Positions 9,102 through 17,742 of a stretch of 64,000 bases of DNA are shown in pieces; the stretch's first letter is position 1, and every line of letters begins with the position of its first letter. A program made the translations under genes and the position numbers. This DNA comes from a virus. The stretch spans positions 1-64,000 of IMG/VR virus record IMGVR_UViG_3300043419_000787; one strand, 5' to 3'. A model generated the notes under the pieces. The model made no database searches, was not told the origin of the DNA, and saw only the letters and a list, made by a program, of their open reading frames with translations.

Positions 9102-10583
9102 TTATTTTAATTTTGCGCGAATTGCAGTTAAAGTAGTTTGATTTCCAAAAGTACCATTTTCATAGATACATCTCATATCAGTTGCTTTCTCTCCAGACCA
9201 AGTTTGTTGATCGACTAATTTATAACCATCTTCTCCAGTTGTAATTCTTAGCAAACCTTTTGCAGATTTTTTAACACCGTCATCAGTGATTGGATCTTTA
9301 AAGATTTCACGACCTTCTCCATTAACTTCTACATAGGTTGCTTTCATTGCAAAACCAAATGTATCTCTAGTGTTATATTGGTAAGTGAAACTTCCAACTC
9401 CTAATACGATATTTGTACTTGCAAATCCTTTAGCTTCTAATCTTGTAAAGATTTGTTCAGCTCGGTCTAATGTAATTGAATCTCCATAGATTGCTCCAAT
9501 ATGTGGATCTAATACTTTGTAACCTTGTTCGTTGATTGTTCCACCGAATACATCCCAAAGTAATTCAATAACTCCTTTCCATTCGGGTTTATCCTCGGAA
9601 GGAAAATCGTTCCTGTTTAGTGATTCATTGATACCTTGTCTCGAATTGATACCACAAATAATATCCACCGGGTCACCAGAATCAGGACGAATAACTACTT
9701 TACCATCTCTTGCAAGAATCTCTTCTTTAAGAGTTACTAAGTGTTCAGTACAAACTTTCCATAAATCCCAAGTGTCTGACACGATAGAAAGAATTCCTGT
9801 TGGATATGTTTCCATTAAGTTTCGGAATGTTCCAATCTCATCTTCTTTAGATCCAGCACACATAACTGAATGTTCAGTTGCATTCACCGATCCAGCTACA
9901 AATTCAGTTTCATTGTAGAATTTACGGGCTCCAAAGATTGCTGGTAAACTATCAGAACCTGAGAAACTTGTTAAGTGACCAAGACCTGAAGAGATAGTTG
10001 CATCAATTGAATCTAGACCTCTCATTGAGAAATCATGTGCTTGCCAATCTACGAACCAGCTTTTTTCAGCATCAGTTTTCTCTTGCCATGTTGTAAATAA
10101 TTTACGGTAAGCATGTGCAATAGTTGCAGAAGTCATTGGTTTCCATAACAAGTTAGAAATAACTGTCTCTAGATAATTTGTTATCCAATAGAAATCAGGA
10201 TGTGTATTGTAAATTGTTAGGACTGGAACCTTCATTGGAACCAGAGCTCCTTCTTCAATTGCTTTAACATTAATAGGCAAGTAACCTAAATCATGAAGAG
10301 CTTCAAAATGACTAACATCATAATCAGTGTTTAAGTACATTGATAATTCTCGTTTCATTTCTCCACAAACTTCGTCTTTTGGACGGCTAAAGAAATCTTT
10401 TTGGAATGCCTCGTGGATTTGTTTAATTACCATTTGTTGTCCAAATGATACTAATTCGTCACAACCTTTCGGTGCGTACTTGTTACTTCTAGGAGTAAAG
10501 TTTGAATAAACCAACGTAGTTCCTTTTGGATATTGTTGGTGATGTCCTGTTTTGTAACCGTCTGTTAAAAATAATGGATTCAT
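9102..10583 (-). CDS. nadV: Nicotinamide phosphoribosyltransferase (NAMPT/NadV family; alternatively Namat-like)
   Basis: ~494 aa from MNPLFLTDGYKTGHHQQYP (NAMPT N-terminal signature). ORF-track N-extension MFIFTY... is translation of the repeated promoter element, so start trimmed to Met at 10583. Confidence 0.85.
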   Translation of the reverse strand: MNPLFLTDGYKTGHHQQYPKGTTLVYSNFTPRSNKYAPKGCDELVSFGQQMVIKQIHEAFQKDFFSRPKDEVCGEMKRELSMYLNTDYDVSHFEALHDLGYLPINVKAIEEGALVPMKVPVLTIYNTHPDFYWITNYLETVISNLLWKPMTSATIAHAYRKLFTTWQEKTDAEKSWFVDWQAHDFSMRGLDSIDATISSGLGHLTSFSGSDSLPAIFGARKFYNETEFVAGSVNATEHSVMCAGSKEDEIGTFRNLMETYPTGILSIVSDTWDLWKVCTEHLVTLKEEILARDGKVVIRPDSGDPVDIICGINSRQGINESLNRNDFPSEDKPEWKGVIELLWDVFGGTINEQGYKVLDPHIGAIYGDSITLDRAEQIFTRLEAKGFASTNIVLGVGSFTYQYNTRDTFGFAMKATYVEVNGEGREIFKDPITDDGVKKSAKGLLRITTGEDGYKLVDQQTWSGEKATDMRCIYENGTFGNQTTLTAIRAKLK

Positions 10584-10608
10584 ATATTGTATCTTTGTTA
10601 ATTTGTTA

Positions 10609-10684
10609 TATGTAAATATAAACAATGTTTTTCAATCGGGAAAACATTTAGTGAGTTATTTTCTAAAAAGTTATTAACATTTTT
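10609..10684 (-). promoter_or_regulatory. Tripartite repeated promoter-like element (type A), upstream of NAMPT gene
   Basis: ATATGTAAATATAAACA / TTTTCAATCGGGAAAACATTT / AGTGAGTTATTTTCTAAAAAGTTATTAACA. Confidence 0.55.
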
Positions 10685-11898
10685 TGTAAGGTGTCAATTG
10701 CTCCTTCTGAACTGTCTGGATTCATTAAACATGCATTTTGAACATTACACATCGAAGTCTCCATATCGAATGGGATTGCAATGTCTTTATCATAGAACAT
10801 TGTTAAGTATTCATTAATCTCAGCATTCGTTGCAAATCCAATTTCTTTAATAACATCAATTCTACCTGGTCTTAATAGGGCAGGATCTAATTGTTCAACA
10901 TGATTTGTTGTAAATATAACCAATACGTTGTTTAGACTAATTGCGCCGTCTAATGCATTTAATAAACCGCTAAAGGTTATTTTTGATTTTTTATTAATTA
11001 CATCTCGTCCATTAAAGAAAGCATCAATATCTTCAAATAATAAAATTGAGCCTGGATTAATTTCAGAAAACATTGAAACCATATCATTGTCTCCATCAAT
11101 ATTATTTAGGTTAACGTTATAAACGTCCATTTCATATTCTATTGCAATTGCTCTAGACAAAGTAGTTTTTCCAGTGCCTGGAGGACCAAAATAACAATGT
11201 CCTCTTTTATGTGGAATTCCTCTTCTGATATATTCTTCTCTAGAATCTCTCCAATTACTAATATCATTTAAGATTTCGTCTTTTAATTTCTTATTGATAA
11301 CGACTTGGCTTAATGGTTTACCAGAGATATTTTGCATGTATGAAAACCAATCACCTTTTGAAATATAAAAGCGTGGATCTTTTTTAACATTCCCGTAATT
11401 CTCATTAATTTCTTTAATCAGTCTTCTAATTGAGCGAGATGCAAAGATTCCCTTAAACACATAATGCTTTAAATAAACTGATTTTAAATTATTTGCATTT
11501 TCAAGTTTATCACGACCAAAAGAAATACGAATCCAACTTGCATATTTTCTTAAATAGAAAAAATCTTCAATTGGTATTTCTTTAATATCTTTTGCCTTTT
11601 TACCTCGAGAGTTTGGTAAATCATCATCGTCATCAGCGGATCTAGTAGTGTATTCAACGTTTCTAGCCTTGCTTTTATGATTATCACGAATCCAATATGT
11701 GATATAATCGTATAACTCGTCAGTTTGATAAATCGTAACTTTATAAGATATTAAAGTCATTATCCTTTCCCATATCGAGCTAGGAACTCCTTTTAAAGAA
11801 GCAAAAATGGCTGCTGCAATTGATGCAAATGCAGCAGCACCAAAAAATTGATTGGTTTGAATTTGTTGTTCTACCCAAACATAAATGTCATGTATCAT
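10663..11898 (-). CDS. BCS1-like AAA+ ATPase with N-terminal membrane anchor
   Basis: Walker A GPPGTGKTTL, Walker B ILLFEDID, N-terminal hydrophobic segment. 411 aa. Confidence 0.8.
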   Translation of the reverse strand: MIHDIYVWVEQQIQTNQFFGAAAFASIAAAIFASLKGVPSSIWERIMTLISYKVTIYQTDELYDYITYWIRDNHKSKARNVEYTTRSADDDDDLPNSRGKKAKDIKEIPIEDFFYLRKYASWIRISFGRDKLENANNLKSVYLKHYVFKGIFASRSIRRLIKEINENYGNVKKDPRFYISKGDWFSYMQNISGKPLSQVVINKKLKDEILNDISNWRDSREEYIRRGIPHKRGHCYFGPPGTGKTTLSRAIAIEYEMDVYNVNLNNIDGDNDMVSMFSEINPGSILLFEDIDAFFNGRDVINKKSKITFSGLLNALDGAISLNNVLVIFTTNHVEQLDPALLRPGRIDVIKEIGFATNAEINEYLTMFYDKDIAIPFDMETSMCNVQNACLMNPDSSEGAIDTLQKMLITF

Positions 11899-11903
11899 TT
11901 ATT

Positions 11904-12122
11904 TTATTTTAAAAACCAGTCAAATGCTGATTTAATAATTGTAAGATTTACTTCATGAAAAATAAACCACTTAATCCAGGCCAACGGCCAAAATATAAAA
12001 TCCATTATAGCCCAAAATCCACTTGAATGAATTTGATAACCTATCATTGCTGTTGGAAGCGAAAATATAATTGTTGGAATTGTGATAGGTTTCCACGTAA
12101 ATGTAACTTTCTTATTTTCCAT
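11904..12122 (-). CDS. Small membrane protein
   Basis: 72 aa, two TM helices. Confidence 0.4.
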   Translation of the reverse strand: MENKKVTFTWKPITIPTIIFSLPTAMIGYQIHSSGFWAIMDFIFWPLAWIKWFIFHEVNLTIIKSAFDWFLK

Positions 12123-12523
12123 TATCCAACTATGAATTTAAATGTGTAAAATAATTGAGCGTAATGTAGAACTTGGTCAAGTCCAATAATTGTAAATGCT
12201 CCTAAGTTTGGAATTGGACTACCATAATATCCATCTTTAAATCTTTTACTAACAATTCGGCTAGTAACATAATCAGTTGCAAAGTGTGCAATAAATGTTA
12301 CGACTGAAAAGAATAAAGCGTTAAAGATATACCATTCAGTAGATTCTAGAGGCCTCTCGATTCCTAGTAAAATACAAGATGCAAATAACCAAAGTAGGGA
12401 ATAAGTTCCAACATGGTTAAATAATGCTAAGTTACTTTTACTTTTATTTGTTGCCCATTCTTCAGCTTGAAAAATGAAATCGGCGATGAAGTGGATTACC
12501 ACAATTGCTAATGCTATTCCCAT
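12122..12523 (-). CDS. Integral membrane protein (~4 TM) with conserved His/Asp motifs
   Basis: 133 aa. HFIADFIFQ and HFATDY motifs in TM helices. Confidence 0.45.
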   Translation of the reverse strand: MGIALAIVVIHFIADFIFQAEEWATNKSKSNLALFNHVGTYSLLWLFASCILLGIERPLESTEWYIFNALFFSVVTFIAHFATDYVTSRIVSKRFKDGYYGSPIPNLGAFTIIGLDQVLHYAQLFYTFKFIVG

Positions 12524-12535
12524 TAATTATACTTT

Positions 12536-13063
12536 TTATTCTGGTTTATAAATTACTACCGTAACGTTGCAATCTTTTAATTCTTTTTGGATAATTGGTC
12601 TGATTAATTCCCAATCTCCTCCGGCTAAATGCGATCCGATTTGAGGTAAACCAATTCGTTTTCCTGCAAAAACATGATTCATCTTTCTCATACATAATGT
12701 AAATGCGTCATAGTCAAATGGTTTCAATTCAGTACCCCATTGATATTGTGTGTACGCATTAACAACAGTCAAATCAAATTCAGTGATGTTCTCTTCATCA
12801 GTACCATACGCTAATGTTACTGCTTGATAATCAATTTGTCCTAACTTGTTAAAATCACCAGTGTATTTCTCATCTTCTAATGGAAATTTGTCACAACCAA
12901 ATGCTTGTGCTATTTGTGGAGCAATTCCACGTTTCATTCGACAGAAACAATTGCAACCATGTGCAATAACGTCGAACCTTCCTAAATTGGCTAACTTAAT
13001 TAAGTCGCCTTCTACTTCTTGATAGTTCATAATTGATTTTAAAAATGCGTTTAATTGTCCCAT
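12536..13063 (-). CDS. Macro-domain protein (ADP-ribose binding/processing)
   Basis: FDVIAHGCNCFCRMKRGIAPQIAQAFG matches the macro-domain D-x-I-V-N-A-A-N...GGGV region. Confidence 0.65.
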   Translation of the reverse strand: MGQLNAFLKSIMNYQEVEGDLIKLANLGRFDVIAHGCNCFCRMKRGIAPQIAQAFGCDKFPLEDEKYTGDFNKLGQIDYQAVTLAYGTDEENITEFDLTVVNAYTQYQWGTELKPFDYDAFTLCMRKMNHVFAGKRIGLPQIGSHLAGGDWELIRPIIQKELKDCNVTVVIYKPE

Positions 13064-13064
13064 A

Positions 13065-13565
13065 CTATGCTAGTTTAAATCGTTTTAAAAATTCTCGTAG
13101 GAATATGATTTGTTCTGCTTCTTTTTCAGTTTCGGCAAATTTCATCTTCCATTCATAATAATCCATTTCAATTGGAGTAACCCCATCAATATAGTATGGT
13201 CCAACATAATCAGGCCAATGTTTTTTATCAAAAACTCGGTCATCGACTAGGAAAACTACAGCCGTCATTTGGTCTCCCAGGTCTGGTTCATGGAACTCTC
13301 CAACTTGAATACCTCGGTCGGTTAATTCAAAATAGTTTTGTTGGAGTGTTCCTAATCTCATGTTATTATCATTGGTTGTTCCACCATTTAAGATAATAAA
13401 TGTCTTGTCTCTTCTGGCCCATTCTTGATATGCTGGAGTTGCAAAGAATTCAAGTCCATATTCAACAACAGCGTGACCAAATTGGATGCCTTGTTGGATT
13501 GGACTTAAATTATAAGGAACCAATCCATACATTCGATATTCTCTTATGTAAATCGGTTGTTCCAT
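13065..13565 (-). CDS. Hypothetical protein in NAD/ADP-ribose gene neighbourhood
   Basis: 166 aa, no motif recognised. Confidence 0.4.
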   Translation of the reverse strand: MEQPIYIREYRMYGLVPYNLSPIQQGIQFGHAVVEYGLEFFATPAYQEWARRDKTFIILNGGTTNDNNMRLGTLQQNYFELTDRGIQVGEFHEPDLGDQMTAVVFLVDDRVFDKKHWPDYVGPYYIDGVTPIEMDYYEWKMKFAETEKEAEQIIFLREFLKRFKLA

Positions 13566-13680
13566 TATTCTTCCTCTTCTTTTGTTATTTCTTCTAATTT
13601 AATTTCTTGCAAAACATAACGAGATCCTAGAATTGGGTCATGTTGCAATACGATAACTTGTGCTGTTTCTTCCTTAGCCA

Positions 13681-13893
13681 TTATATTAGTTTTAAATATT
13701 TTAGTTCTTCGACTGCCGCATCAAATGCGTCTTGCCATGTTCGGTATAAAAACCACTCTTGTACATTAATTAATTCATAATTCCCAAAATGCTCATATTT
13801 GTATATGTCAAATGCATATTTAGGAGTACTCGTTCGGTCTAGAGATATTTCTACGACATATCCTAGAGTTGCTAATGAATCAATGGTGTACAT
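13681..13893 (-). CDS. Hypothetical small protein
   Basis: 70 aa ORF. Confidence 0.3.
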   Translation of the reverse strand: MYTIDSLATLGYVVEISLDRTSTPKYAFDIYKYEHFGNYELINVQEWFLYRTWQDAFDAAVEELKYLKLI

Positions 13894-14759
13894 TAATATA
13901 CGTTAAAAGTCTTGGTCTTAGTTTTTACTTCGTACTCGTCATCTGCAACTTCTCTAACACTGTTAGTACAGAAGATACCATTAAAATATTGAGTCAATGT
14001 TTCAAAACCAGCACTGAAAATACCGTGAGTTACAATCAAATAGATTTCGGCGTTTGGACGTTGTTCTTTAATAACTTTAGCCAATTCAACGAATGTTCTA
14101 CCACCATCACAAATATCGTCAACAATAACATATTTAAGGTCTTGATTTTCTGGTAAATTTGGAACTTCAGTTCTAAGAATGTTGCCAGATTTTAGGTCTC
14201 TGACCTTGTTTGCTGTAACAATATTTTCAATGTTGAATTCTTTAGCAACATCGAAGATTTTCTTGTAAGCTCCAGCATCTGGACTTACTAAGCAAATTCG
14301 GTCTTGTGCGTTGTCTTTATTATCAATTTCTTTCAATGCAAATTTAACTAGAGCAAAGTTTGGTGCTTTTTCATATCGATCAATACAAGCTTCTAGAACG
14401 TCGCTATGTGGATCTAATGTAATTACAACATCAAATTTCTGAGAATTGATAATTGGACAAATAACTTCTTTTAGATAATTGACACTACCAAATTCAAATC
14501 GACGATCTGAACGAGAACCTAAGAAGTAGGGTACATGTAAACCAATTGCTCCAGCTCCAACATTTCTTAATGCTTGATTTGCACAAATAATTAATTCAAG
14601 GTCTTTAAAAGAATTGAATCGAGAATCAATAAGAACCTGTTGTAAGTCTTCAGGAGATGAAGGTGGTAAGATTGAAATTGATTGTTGTCCATCAGGAAAT
14701 CTGTGGATTTGATATTTAATATCAGATTTTTCTAGGTCTACTAAATTTAAATGCTTCAT
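13893..14759 (-). CDS. prs: Ribose-phosphate pyrophosphokinase family (Prs; alternatively ADPR-PP synthetase Adps-like)
   Basis: PRPP-synthetase signatures DPHSDVLEACIDRY and the PRPP-binding loop VIVDDICDGGRTF. Confidence 0.85.
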   Translation of the reverse strand: MKHLNLVDLEKSDIKYQIHRFPDGQQSISILPPSSPEDLQQVLIDSRFNSFKDLELIICANQALRNVGAGAIGLHVPYFLGSRSDRRFEFGSVNYLKEVICPIINSQKFDVVITLDPHSDVLEACIDRYEKAPNFALVKFALKEIDNKDNAQDRICLVSPDAGAYKKIFDVAKEFNIENIVTANKVRDLKSGNILRTEVPNLPENQDLKYVIVDDICDGGRTFVELAKVIKEQRPNAEIYLIVTHGIFSAGFETLTQYFNGIFCTNSVREVADDEYEVKTKTKTFNVY

Positions 14760-14779
14760 GTATCTAATTGTTTAATGTT

Positions 14780-14850
14780 ATATGTAAATATAAACAAAAG
14801 TTTTCAAACGGAGAAACTTTTAGTGAATTAATTTGAAAATTTATTAACAA
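14780..14850 (-). promoter_or_regulatory. Tripartite repeated promoter-like element (type A), upstream of prs-like gene
   Basis: ATATGTAAATATAAACA / TTTTCAAACGGAGAAACTTTT / AGTGAATTAATTTGAAAATTTATTAACA. Confidence 0.55.
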
Positions 14851-15220
14851 TTAACCTTCCTGTGATTTGAGTTCCAGTAGGAGTATCTTGAGTCATCCAC
14901 TCGATAAGATCGCTTTTCATAATCTCTTCACAGATTTCTCGTTTAATTCCCATCTTAATAGTATCTAATGCAAAGTTAGTACCTCGTGAAACATCGGCAC
15001 CATACAACATTTCCATATTAGACATGCTTTTAGTGCTTCTAATTTGTATAGGATTCCCTACTTTAGTATCATATTTAAATACCTTTCCGGTTTCAAATTG
15101 ATTTTTAGGCTTTCTATTAAAAAAAGATGAGAAAGGAAATAATATACTTAATATTTCTCTCCATTCAAAATCTTTTAACTTTGCGTCCATTTGGTCGCAC
15201 CATTCGTTAAATCTTTTCAT
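14828..15220 (-). CDS. Hypothetical protein
   Basis: 130 aa ORF. Confidence 0.4.
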   Translation of the reverse strand: MKRFNEWCDQMDAKLKDFEWREILSILFPFSSFFNRKPKNQFETGKVFKYDTKVGNPIQIRSTKSMSNMEMLYGADVSRGTNFALDTIKMGIKREICEEIMKSDLIEWMTQDTPTGTQITGRLIVNKFSN

Positions 15221-15654
15221 TAGCTTCTGTATCTTAATTCTTTTTGACGATAAACACTTAGGACTGAACCTTGACCATGTGTGATTGCAAATTGATAACC
15301 ATAATAGTCATAAACAGCAGACGGAAAGTTCTCAGTTAAACCATCGATTGGTTCGATTTCAACTCCTTTGAGAGATGCAATTTCCCACATCAAATTCATG
15401 ATATGCAAAGCACGATCAGTATAAGTGTCATAGTGACGCGCATCATACTTCTCTTGCTTCTCTAAAATATCTAACATTAAATAATCAAAAGTAGAATCGT
15501 CGCAGACTCCATACCTTTGCAATAGCTTTTCTGCTCGTCCAATTAGGATTTGTTCACGTTCCATTAATTTACGGAAATAGTCTACCATTGTCTTTTCTCC
15601 CTCAGGAGTTTCTAGAAATTCTAGTAATTTTTTTGCTCCGTCCATATTATGCAT
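15220..15654 (-). CDS. Hypothetical protein
   Basis: 144 aa ORF. Confidence 0.4.
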   Translation of the reverse strand: MHNMDGAKKLLEFLETPEGEKTMVDYFRKLMEREQILIGRAEKLLQRYGVCDDSTFDYLMLDILEKQEKYDARHYDTYTDRALHIMNLMWEIASLKGVEIEPIDGLTENFPSAVYDYYGYQFAITHGQGSVLSVYRQKELRYRS

Positions 15655-15892
15655 GTTTAGCCATTAATTCATTTTCAGTACAACGGAATCTCTTTCCAGT
15701 AGAAAGGTCAACATAAGTTTGAGGTTTTTCAAGCTCTTCACTTAATTTACTAACACTCTTGATTTTATCTAAACCAGCTTGGTGTGCTGATTCCTCAGTT
15801 GCGTTGTTACTGTACTTCATATGAAACTCATAAGAAGTTTTGTAGAGTACCTTGTTAATTCCCGATAATGTGTTTAAAAATTCTACGTTCAT
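15647..15892 (-). CDS. Hypothetical protein
   Basis: 81 aa ORF immediately downstream of a type A element. Confidence 0.4.
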   Translation of the reverse strand: MNVEFLNTLSGINKVLYKTSYEFHMKYSNNATEESAHQAGLDKIKSVSKLSEELEKPQTYVDLSTGKRFRCTENELMAKHA

Positions 15893-15908
15893 TTTGTTAT
15901 TGTTTTAA

Positions 15909-15985
15909 TTAATGATATGTAAATATAAACATAATTTCTCAAACGGAAAAACTTTTATGCAATTATTTTCAAAAAGTTATTAACA
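15909..15985 (-). promoter_or_regulatory. Tripartite repeated promoter-like element (type A)
   Basis: ATATGTAAATATAAACA / TTTCTCAAACGGAAAAACTTTT / ATGCAATTATTTTCAAAAAGTTATTAACA. Confidence 0.55.
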
Positions 15986-16069
15986 AAATAGTATAGAGAT
16001 TGTAATAATCAATGCAAACCACATGATTACTCCAACTGTTACGGCGATGTCTTGTTTTTTATTGTTCAT
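15980..16069 (-). CDS. Possible 29-aa hydrophobic micro-protein (MNNKKQDIAVTVGVIMWFALIITISILFC)
   Basis: ATG-initiated ORF with one TM-like segment. Its stop overlaps the AAAAAGTTATTAACA box. Confidence 0.2.
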   Translation of the reverse strand: MNNKKQDIAVTVGVIMWFALIITISILFC

Positions 16070-16193
16070 TTTCTTCGTTTTGTTCGATTACTAAATAGTT
16101 TAATCCATCAATTTGTTTTACTTGCCCTGATTTGATTAGTTCTTGGGCAAAGGCTTGGTTCTGTTGAGCAATTAAAATCATTGTCTGCTCCAT
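16062..16193 (-). CDS. Possible 43-aa small protein (MEQTMILIAQQNQAFAQELIKSGQVKQIDGLNYLVIEQNEENEQ)
   Basis: ATG ORF immediately downstream of the NTase gene stop. Its stop overlaps the start of the 29-aa ORF. Confidence 0.2.
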
Positions 16194-16204
16194 ATAGATT
16201 ATTT

Positions 16205-16942
16205 TCATAATTCAAAAGTTGGTTTTAACCATAGACCACGTCCAAATACCAACTTTGTAAATCCTGGTACAATTTCACGGTCAACAGCAGTTAACATTTT
16301 AAGAGTTTTAACAGTGTCGTGCTTCATCATTTTAAAAACTTCTTCTCTGATTCGCTCAGCGCTAACAACTAACTCTAATTTTTCAAGAATATCTGGTTGT
16401 TTCATAGCCAATAGAATATCATGACTAATATCAAACTCTTTTGTAATAGAAAATCTCAATGCTCTTAAGATTCGTAATGGATCGTCCATCATAGTCTGTT
16501 CTGCTGGAAGAGGTGTAACCAAAATCTTCTCACGAATATGTTGAACTCCGTTAAATGGATCAATTAGAACTCCATGCTCATCTTCGGCAATTGCATTGAC
16601 TGTAAAATCTCGACGAAGTAAATCATCATGCAGTGTACCAAGTTCTAGAATTGGCTGACGAGTTCCTTCAACATATCCAACCTCTTTTCTTGCCATTACG
16701 AAATCGGCAACAAGTCCAGTAAATTGATGGTCCTTTGGAAAACGGGCACGAATAGTAAAGCAAGAAGGTGTACTCAAAAAGATTTCAAATCCTCTTTCAG
16801 TCATCCAATCAGTCATGATTTGAAATCCTTGCTCTACTGTCTGGTCTAGTTCATCTAGAACAAAAGTAAAATCTATGTCTTTTGAGTCAAGGCCAAGGAA
16901 TTTATCCCTAACGCAACCTCCTACTTTAAATATCTGTGGCAT
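16205..16942 (-). CDS. Pol-beta-type nucleotidyltransferase, CCA-adding enzyme / poly(A) polymerase head-domain family
   Basis: N-terminal GGCVRDKFLGLDSKDIDF matches the GGxVRD...DxD tRNA-NTase signature. Only 245 aa (head+neck, no HD domain). Confidence 0.6.
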   Translation of the reverse strand: MPQIFKVGGCVRDKFLGLDSKDIDFTFVLDELDQTVEQGFQIMTDWMTERGFEIFLSTPSCFTIRARFPKDHQFTGLVADFVMARKEVGYVEGTRQPILELGTLHDDLLRRDFTVNAIAEDEHGVLIDPFNGVQHIREKILVTPLPAEQTMMDDPLRILRALRFSITKEFDISHDILLAMKQPDILEKLELVVSAERIREEVFKMMKHDTVKTLKMLTAVDREIVPGFTKLVFGRGLWLKPTFEL

Positions 16943-16956
16943 ACTAATTATATTAC

Positions 16957-17280
16957 TTAATTTAAATTTGATTCAATTTGGCACAATGGCATTGGTTTTC
17001 CAATGTTGTACATTAAACTTGCAAAGAATTTAAAACCTTTATAAGAGGTTCCATCTGCTCGGCCAATAGCTCCCATTAAATCATTATTGACAAATGATCG
17101 GACGAAACTACCGCCTTCATAACCAACTTTCCATTTAGTACAAAGAATTGATGTACCAATTTCGATGATGTGGTTCTTTTCAGACTCTCCAAGGTTCGCA
17201 ACTCCTGTATATTCTGCGTTCTGGTTGAAATGGTTAACTACTTCTTTCTTAACGATTTCGATTTGATTTTGTACGTTCAT
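16957..17280 (-). CDS. Hypothetical protein
   Basis: 107 aa ORF. Confidence 0.4.
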   Translation of the reverse strand: MNVQNQIEIVKKEVVNHFNQNAEYTGVANLGESEKNHIIEIGTSILCTKWKVGYEGGSFVRSFVNNDLMGAIGRADGTSYKGFKFFASLMYNIGKPMPLCQIESNLN

Positions 17281-17300
17281 AATTGTATTTTTAAAATTTA

Positions 17301-17582
17301 TTAAATAGCTTCAGTTAAACTAAGAGGAGCAGAGATAAGACTAATTTTACCAGCTTCTCTCAAATGTACTTTAGTACGGTTAATTTTAACAACTTCAAAT
17401 GTTTTACCAGCTGCTTGAGGATGGTTAACTTTAACGGTCATACCAACTTCAAGTGATCTCTTAACCATACGAGCATCTTGTCTACGACGTAATTTGATAA
17501 TATCAATTAGGTCTTGGTTAAGCTGAGAAAGTTCAGCAGTTGAAAGGTTGTTAATTTCTGAAAGGATTTTTGAATAGTTCAT
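17301..17582 (-). CDS. Hypothetical protein
   Basis: 93 aa ORF downstream of a type A element. Confidence 0.4.
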   Translation of the reverse strand: MNYSKILSEINNLSTAELSQLNQDLIDIIKLRRRQDARMVKRSLEVGMTVKVNHPQAAGKTFEVVKINRTKVHLREAGKISLISAPLSLTEAI

Positions 17583-17604
17583 GTTGTTATTGTTTTAATT
17601 AATG

Positions 17605-17686
17605 ATATGTAAATATAAACATAATTTTTCAAACGGTAAAACTTTTTCACAATTATTTTCACTTTTTTTCAAAAAGTTATTAACAT
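17605..17686 (-). promoter_or_regulatory. Tripartite repeated promoter-like element (type A)
   Basis: ATATGTAAATATAAACA / TTTTCAAACGGTAAAACTTTTT / CACAATTATTTTCACTTTTTTTCAAAAAGTTATTAACA. Confidence 0.55.
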
Positions 17687-17690
17687 TTCA

Positions 17691-17722
17691 CAAAAAAGGG
17701 TCCTGATTAATCAGGACCCTTT
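17691..17722 (-). terminator. Intrinsic terminator downstream of SPFH gene
   Basis: Perfect hairpin AAAGGGTCCTGA-TTAA-TCAGGACCCTTT followed on the minus strand by TTTTTTG. Confidence 0.7.
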
Positions 17723-17742
17723 ACTTGGTTTATTATAGGTGG

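Noticed and set aside
9532-9918. Plus-strand ORFs antisense to NAMPT, terminase, sheath, portal and polymerase genes (e.g. 9532..9918, 28667..28972, 31866..32162, 45980..46162, 56027..56311)
   Set aside because: They overlap genes with strong family signatures on the other strand. They are short, low-complexity, and lack start context; typical antisense artefacts in AT-rich DNA.
10584-10625. MFIFTY... N-terminal extensions on ORFs 9102..10625 and 21035..21313
   Set aside because: These codons are the translation of the repeated TGTTTATATTTACATA promoter-like box. The true starts are the downstream Met codons (MNPLFLTDGYK; MGATSLIV).
13065-13565. Tried to assign the 166-aa ORF in the NAD island as Nudix, Tpt1/KptA, PTH or dUTPase
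   Set aside because: No Nudix box, no Tpt1 HxxxR motifs, no dUTPase motifs; left as hypothetical.
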